Origin: an archaeon
GTDB lineage: Archaea; Iainarchaeota; Iainarchaeia; Iainarchaeales; JANQMZ01
DNA: 32,000 nt
Assembly (NCBI GenBank): GCA_028279805.1
Contig: JANQMZ010000007.1
Location: forward strand, 360,001 to 392,000
Direction: 5' to 3'
Below, piece after piece: positions 27,387 through 32,000 of this stretch. Positions within the stretch are counted from its first letter, which is position 1. The number at the start of each line of letters is the position of its first letter. Below the pieces are notes generated by a model. That model made no database searches. It saw nothing but the letters and a program-made list of their open reading frames with translations, and was not told the DNA's origin. Both the position numbers and the translations under genes were made by a program.

Positions 27387-28898
27387 ATGGATTTCAAACT
27401 AAATCACGGGCCATGGAACAAATTGTTTTCAGGGCAAATAGAAGAACATGAAGTTGAAATTTATTCAAACCAGAAAGGAATGCTTTTATCAATGATTTAT
27501 GATGAAGAAAATGGTGAAAAAAAAGGAGCATTAATTGAATTGTTTAAGGTTTTTTTTGCAAAAGGAGAATTGGAACATTTTGCGGAATCATTGTCAAAAA
27601 ATGCAATTTCTTTTGTTAAACATTCACAGGCCGGAAACATAAAAATTTTAATGATTGATTCAGGAGCAGATTATGTAAAATTTGAAGAGGAATTGTTTGC
27701 ACAGGAAGTTGACCAAAAAATTGAACAGCTTTCAGCATTCAGTGAAACAGTTAAAGAGTCAGCAAAAGCAAACGAATTGGAATTAAATGAACTTGAAAAA
27801 GCTTCAGAAGAAGAAAAAGGATTTTTTTCAACAATGCCCTTATTACAATTAATTTTAGCACCCAAACTAAAAAAAGAAATAAAATCAGCAATTGAAGGAA
27901 AACCTGTTACACACGGAGAACTTATTTTAGGAAAAACAAAAACAGGAGAAATGTTAAAAGAGCCCTTGGCAGTATTTGAAAAATCAGTGGTAATAGGCGG
28001 AAACCATAATGAAAGAATGAAAGTAATCCATGTTTTCAGTGAAAGCGCATTGCTTTCAGGTTTTTCAACAATAATAATAGACCAGGAAGACAATTTTGAA
28101 TTGTTAAAACAGCAAACCTCAAAACCTGAAAAACTAAAAGAATTCGGAGTTGACATTGACCCCATTGGCTTCCCAATAAAAACATTCAAACCCTTAGAAG
28201 ACATAAAAGTCAATTTACAGGTTGTCAACCCAAAAGCATTGCTTGAATTGTTCGGATTAAAAAAAGGAATAGTGCTTGAAACAATTGTAAAAACAATGAA
28301 TGAAAACAAAACAGAAAGCATTGAAGAATTAATAAAACTGGTTGAACAAATGCCTGAAACAAAAGAATTAAACAGTTTTCAAAAACAAAGAACCATGAGA
28401 GTTTTACAATTAATAGAAGAAACCCATCCGAGGCTGTTCAGCGGAACAAACAATGTTGAAGAAATTGAAAAAAAAGGAATCAAAGGAATCGGAAGGGCAG
28501 GCATACTCAAAATAGGAAAAAATCCAAGAGAAAACTTGCTTTTAATCAATTCCATTTTCAAAGAACTTTTAGAAAAACACAAAAAAGAAAAAAAAACAAG
28601 CCAGTTAAATTCTTTTATTGTTTTTCCAAAAACAGATTCTTTAATGAGAAGAGAATCGGAATTGTCAATGGTTCGGGAAACTGCGGAAACATTAAAAGAA
28701 TTATCAGAATATGGCGTTGGGTTCATAGCAGAAGCAGAACATTTTACTGACTTGGATGAAAATTTAAGAAAAGAATTTGAAAGCAAGTTAACAATAATAA
28801 AAGATGATGATGTGGGAATAGAACTGGAAAACAAAAAAAATTACAGAATAACCATAAGACCAAGTTTAAGCGACTGCAATTCAAACCTGGAGAATTAA
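27387..28898 (+). CDS. HerA/FtsK-like P-loop fold protein with apparently degenerate Walker A and B motifs (candidate pseudo-ATPase), 503 aa
   Basis: HerA-like layout 'HGELILGKTKTGEMLKEPLAVFEKSVVIGGNHNERMKVIHVFSESALLSGFSTIIIDQEDNFELLKQ', later 'FIVFPKTDSL' and 'LKELSEYGVGFIAEAEHFTDLDENLRKEFESKLTIIKDDD', but no GxxGxGK[ST]. Confidence 0.6.
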   Translation: MDFKLNHGPWNKLFSGQIEEHEVEIYSNQKGMLLSMIYDEENGEKKGALIELFKVFFAKGELEHFAESLSKNAISFVKHSQAGNIKILMIDSGADYVKFEEELFAQEVDQKIEQLSAFSETVKESAKANELELNELEKASEEEKGFFSTMPLLQLILAPKLKKEIKSAIEGKPVTHGELILGKTKTGEMLKEPLAVFEKSVVIGGNHNERMKVIHVFSESALLSGFSTIIIDQEDNFELLKQQTSKPEKLKEFGVDIDPIGFPIKTFKPLEDIKVNLQVVNPKALLELFGLKKGIVLETIVKTMNENKTESIEELIKLVEQMPETKELNSFQKQRTMRVLQLIEETHPRLFSGTNNVEEIEKKGIKGIGRAGILKIGKNPRENLLLINSIFKELLEKHKKEKKTSQLNSFIVFPKTDSLMRRESELSMVRETAETLKELSEYGVGFIAEAEHFTDLDENLRKEFESKLTIIKDDDVGIELENKKNYRITIRPSLSDCNSNLEN

Positions 28899-28902
28899 AA
28901 AT

Positions 28903-29355
28903 TTATTTTTTGGATGTTTTTGATTTTTCCATTTTTTCATTAATCAAATCTTTAGCCTGGTCAAGTGTGACAAATTCCAGAGGATTAATTGATTCAATTA
29001 CAGATTTTAATTCTTTAACAACAGTAAAATCCGTTTTAATGGATTCAATTTCGGAAGACATCTGTTCAATTTTGGACGCATTCTGCTCCAGTTGTTTCTG
29101 CAAATTGTTCAGCTGTGATTCCAGATTTGCGGGAATTTTTCCGGATCCGTTTTGAATGCCTGTTTTTTCAAATTTTTTGCTTAAAACAATCAAATTTTTT
29201 CCCAAAATTTTTTCATTGCGGACAATATGCTTCAGTTTTTGTGAAATTAAGTCAATTGAACTGTTTAACGCTTTAACATCCTCAACAATATGGCTAAACA
29301 AAGCATTATCCTGTTTACCGGCTCTCGGAGGCGAATGTCTTCTAATTGCAGGCAT
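28903..29355 (-). CDS. Coiled-coil protein, function unknown (150 aa)
   Basis: Minus-strand ORF with heptad pattern 'LESQLNNLQKQLEQNASKIEQMSSEIESIKTDF'; ends 4 nt from the converging upstream ORF and is divergent from polB. Confidence 0.7.
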   Translation of the reverse strand: MPAIRRHSPPRAGKQDNALFSHIVEDVKALNSSIDLISQKLKHIVRNEKILGKNLIVLSKKFEKTGIQNGSGKIPANLESQLNNLQKQLEQNASKIEQMSSEIESIKTDFTVVKELKSVIESINPLEFVTLDQAKDLINEKMEKSKTSKK

Positions 29356-29407
29356 GTTTAAAGTAAACTCAAACCTCTTTAAAAGTCTTTTACATTAAGT
29401 TTTTTTG

Positions 29408-31819
29408 ATGGCAAGAGAAATAACAGGTGTTCTAATTGACGCGGATTACAGGCAAAAAGGGCCTGATTCGGTTATCAGGCTGTTTGTAAAAACACCTGAA
29501 AAAACGGAGGAATTGTTTGACCCGGATTTTGAGCCATATTTTTATGTTTCAGCTGAAAAAAATGAAAAAATGAAAAAAATTCTGTTAGAAAAAGAATTTG
29601 AAGGAGTAAAAGTTAAAAAAATTGAAATTGTTGAAAAACAATTATCTCCGAATGAAAAACCTGAAAAATTGCTAAAATTAATTTTTCACGCAACATTTGA
29701 TTTGACAAAATGGCGGGACAAAGTTGTTGACATTGAAGGATTTAAAGAAAAAAGAGAATATGACATTCCATTTCACAATCGTTATCTTATTGACAAACAA
29801 TTAGAGCCGACCAATCTGGTTAAAATTAAAGCTGATGGAAATGAAGTACTGGAAATAAAAAAAGCAGGGGAGCCAAAAGAAGATTTTACAATGGGTTCAT
29901 TTGATCTGGAAACATATTCAAGGGGAAAATTTTCAGATGCAAAAACCGATCCGATTTTAACAATTTCTTATGCTTCAAAAAAAACTGAAAAAGTTTTAAG
30001 CACAAAAAAAATTAAGCAAAAATATGTTCAGTTTGAAGAAACAGAACAAAAAATGATTCAGGCATTGGTTGATGAAATAAAAAAAGACAATCCTGATTTT
30101 TTAATAACATATAACGGGGATTCATTTGACTTTCCTTATTTGAAAGACAGGGCTGAACAATTCAAAATAAAACTTGACATGGGCCTGGATGGAGCAGAAC
30201 CAAAAGCAAAAAGAAAAGGATTTGGGTCAGCAGTGCAGGTTAAAGGCCGGCCTCATTTAGATGCTTTTCAGATAGTCAGAATTCTTGCAAGATTTCAGGT
30301 AATAAATTTATTAAAATATGATTTGGAATCAGTTTCAGAAGCATTACTGGGAGAAAAAAAAGAAAAAATTCAGGCAGCAGAAATAAATCAAATCTGGGAT
30401 TCAGGAAAAGATTTAGAAAAACTGGCAGATTATAATATTGCAGATGCAATAACAACCCACAAACTAACAGAACAATATCTGCCATTGTTTCTGGAATTAA
30501 GCAGGCTTGTAAAGCATGTTCCCTTTGATTCAAGCAGAACAAGCGCAGGACAACTGGTTGAATACCTTTTAATGAATAAAGCCTTTATTGAGGGCATTTT
30601 AATACCAAATAAGCCATTTGAATCAGATGTTAAAAGCCGTGATTTGTCGCCTATTACCGGAGGATATGTAAAAGAACCAAGGCCCGGATTGCATGAAAAC
30701 TTGGCTGTACTGGATTTTACAAGTTTGCATCCGAGCATAATGATTTCACACAACATCAGTCCTGACACGTTAAATTGTGGTCATGCTGATTGCAAGAAAA
30801 AAAATTCTGCTCCCACCGGAGACTATTTTTGCACTGAAAAAAAAGGATTCATGTCAGGCATATTGGAGGAATTGTTTAACAGGAGAAAAAAATTAAAAAA
30901 AGAATTAAAAGAATTGAAAAAAGGTTCACGTGAATACAAATTGATTCATGCAAGACAGCATGCTTTGAAAATTGTGTTAAATTCTTTTTATGGTACACTA
31001 GTTTTTCCAAGATTTAGATGGTATTCAAGAGAATGTGGGGCAGCAGTAACAGCATGGAGCAGACAATATGTTAAAATGATTTCAAAAAGAGCCGATGAAA
31101 ATGGTTTTGAATCAATTTATGGTGATACAGATTCGGCTTTTTTAAAAATTCCTGAAAATAAAACAAAGCAAAATGTAAAAGAATTTGTAAAAAAAATTAA
31201 TTCAGAATTGCCGGGCATAATGAATTTGGAATTGGAAGATTTTTATAAAAGAGGAATTTTTGTAACAAAAGAGTCAGGTGAAGCGGCAAAAAAAAGATAT
31301 GCATTGGTTGACTTTAAGGGAAATTTAAAAATTGTCGGCTTTGAATATGTTCGCAGAGACTGGGCAGGCGTTGCAAAAGAAACTCAAAGAGAAGTAATTG
31401 CAGCAATTTTGGATGAAGGGGATGTGGACAAAGCTGCAAAAATTGTTAAAGAAAAAATAAAACAATTAAAAGACGGAAAAACTCCGAAAAAAGATTTAAC
31501 TGTGTTTACTCAAATCAGGCAAGGGTTAGATGAATACAAAAGTGTCGGGCCGCACATTGCAGCTGCGAAAAAGGCTGTGGAAAAAGGAAAAGATTTGGAT
31601 TCTGGTTCAATAATTGAATACATTATAACACGCAGGGGAAAAAGCATTAGTGATAAAGCGCAATTGGCTGAATATGTAAAAGAAGGGGATTACGATGAAG
31701 AATATTACATTTCAAACCAGGTTATTCCGGCTGTAATAAAAATAATGCGGGAATTAGGTTATTCAGAAGATGACCTGAATCACGGGGGAAAACAGGTTGA
31801 TTTAAGTTCTTTTAGCTAA
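29408..31819 (+). CDS. polB: Archaeal family B DNA polymerase (803 aa from ATG 29408; the track starts at TTG 29405)
   Basis: Exo motifs FDLETYS, YNGDSFDFPYLKDRA, YNIADAITTHKLTE. Pol motif A LDFTSLHPSIMISHNISPDTLN, motif B KIVLNSFYG, motif C YGDTDS. No intein. Confidence 0.95.
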   Translation: MAREITGVLIDADYRQKGPDSVIRLFVKTPEKTEELFDPDFEPYFYVSAEKNEKMKKILLEKEFEGVKVKKIEIVEKQLSPNEKPEKLLKLIFHATFDLTKWRDKVVDIEGFKEKREYDIPFHNRYLIDKQLEPTNLVKIKADGNEVLEIKKAGEPKEDFTMGSFDLETYSRGKFSDAKTDPILTISYASKKTEKVLSTKKIKQKYVQFEETEQKMIQALVDEIKKDNPDFLITYNGDSFDFPYLKDRAEQFKIKLDMGLDGAEPKAKRKGFGSAVQVKGRPHLDAFQIVRILARFQVINLLKYDLESVSEALLGEKKEKIQAAEINQIWDSGKDLEKLADYNIADAITTHKLTEQYLPLFLELSRLVKHVPFDSSRTSAGQLVEYLLMNKAFIEGILIPNKPFESDVKSRDLSPITGGYVKEPRPGLHENLAVLDFTSLHPSIMISHNISPDTLNCGHADCKKKNSAPTGDYFCTEKKGFMSGILEELFNRRKKLKKELKELKKGSREYKLIHARQHALKIVLNSFYGTLVFPRFRWYSRECGAAVTAWSRQYVKMISKRADENGFESIYGDTDSAFLKIPENKTKQNVKEFVKKINSELPGIMNLELEDFYKRGIFVTKESGEAAKKRYALVDFKGNLKIVGFEYVRRDWAGVAKETQREVIAAILDEGDVDKAAKIVKEKIKQLKDGKTPKKDLTVFTQIRQGLDEYKSVGPHIAAAKKAVEKGKDLDSGSIIEYIITRRGKSISDKAQLAEYVKEGDYDEEYYISNQVIPAVIKIMRELGYSEDDLNHGGKQVDLSSFS

Positions 31820-31844
31820 AAAAAGCTAATATAGGCGTTTTTTT

Positions 31845-32000
31845 ATGGATGAAACAATTGCAAAAAAATACCAAAAAGCAGGCAAAATATTGAAAGAAGC
31901 ACAAGAAAAAGCCAAAAAAAAGGCTAAAAGTGGTGTAAATTTGCTTGAATTGGCTGAAACAATTGAAAAATTCGTAGAAAGTAAGGGCGCAAAACCGGCT
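31845..32000 (+). CDS. map: Methionine aminopeptidase type II, N-terminal fragment running off the window
   Basis: ATG at 31845 gives MDETIAKKYQKAGKILKEAQEKAKKKAKSGVNLLELAETIEKFVESKGAKPA, matching the archaeal MetAP2 start (KAG.I.....E.A......G..LLELAE.IE......G.KPA). Not in the ORF track because it is truncated. Confidence 0.85.
   Translation, partial: MDETIAKKYQKAGKILKEAQEKAKKKAKSGVNLLELAETIEKFVESKGAKPA

Noticed and set aside
27671-28834. Minus-strand ORFs of 216 aa and 151 aa antisense to the HerA-like gene
   Set aside because: Composition (Ser/Asn/Phe-rich) is that of a translated antisense strand; the plus-strand frame has the coherent HerA-like layout.
29408-31819. Intein in DNA polymerase B
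   Set aside because: Motifs A, B and C are contiguous with normal spacing; no Cys/Ser splice junctions, no HN-C ending and no LAGLIDADG insert.
1-32000. CRISPR array, tRNA or rRNA genes, transposons
   Set aside because: No regularly spaced identical repeats, no tRNA-like acceptor/T-loop (GTTCRANNC) blocks in the few intergenic gaps, no transposase or terminal repeats seen.

Overview
This AT-rich, gene-dense window most likely comes from a DPANN-type archaeon. The evidence is an archaeal family-B DNA polymerase, the start of an archaeal-type (type II) methionine aminopeptidase, and TATA-like AT-rich promoters. No rRNA, tRNA, CRISPR array or mobile element could be supported. About 70% of the window (21..22120) encodes three consecutive giant proteins: at least 2275 aa (5' end open), 2539 aa and 2350 aa. 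They are diverged paralogs. Copies 2 and 3 share a near-identical ~45-aa cytosolic head plus one N-terminal TM segment. All three share Ig/carboxypeptidase-regulatory-like repeats, an 'FLGLF...' block, a 'CD[AS]TQF' motif, a 'DG[YF][ST]xDF..DF' motif, a 'PF[ND]G...GYG' block and a C-terminal 'C...WNP' signature. Behind copy 3 lies a tight same-strand cassette of tiny multi-TM proteins, at least three of which look like distant relatives of each other, plus one small charged soluble protein. This is followed by a secreted M64/metzincin-like protease (HEFGHQFGKLKDEY). Beyond that, a plus-strand HerA/FtsK-like protein that appears to have lost both Walker motifs is flanked by two minus-strand coiled-coil genes. 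DNA polymerase B is next, with a Tyr-to-His change at the expected steric-gate position. The best candidate for an undescribed system is the giant surface-protein array plus small-membrane-protein cassette plus secreted protease. The apparent pseudo-ATPase with its coiled-coil neighbours is the second candidate. All function assignments come from motif recognition by eye; no database search was run.
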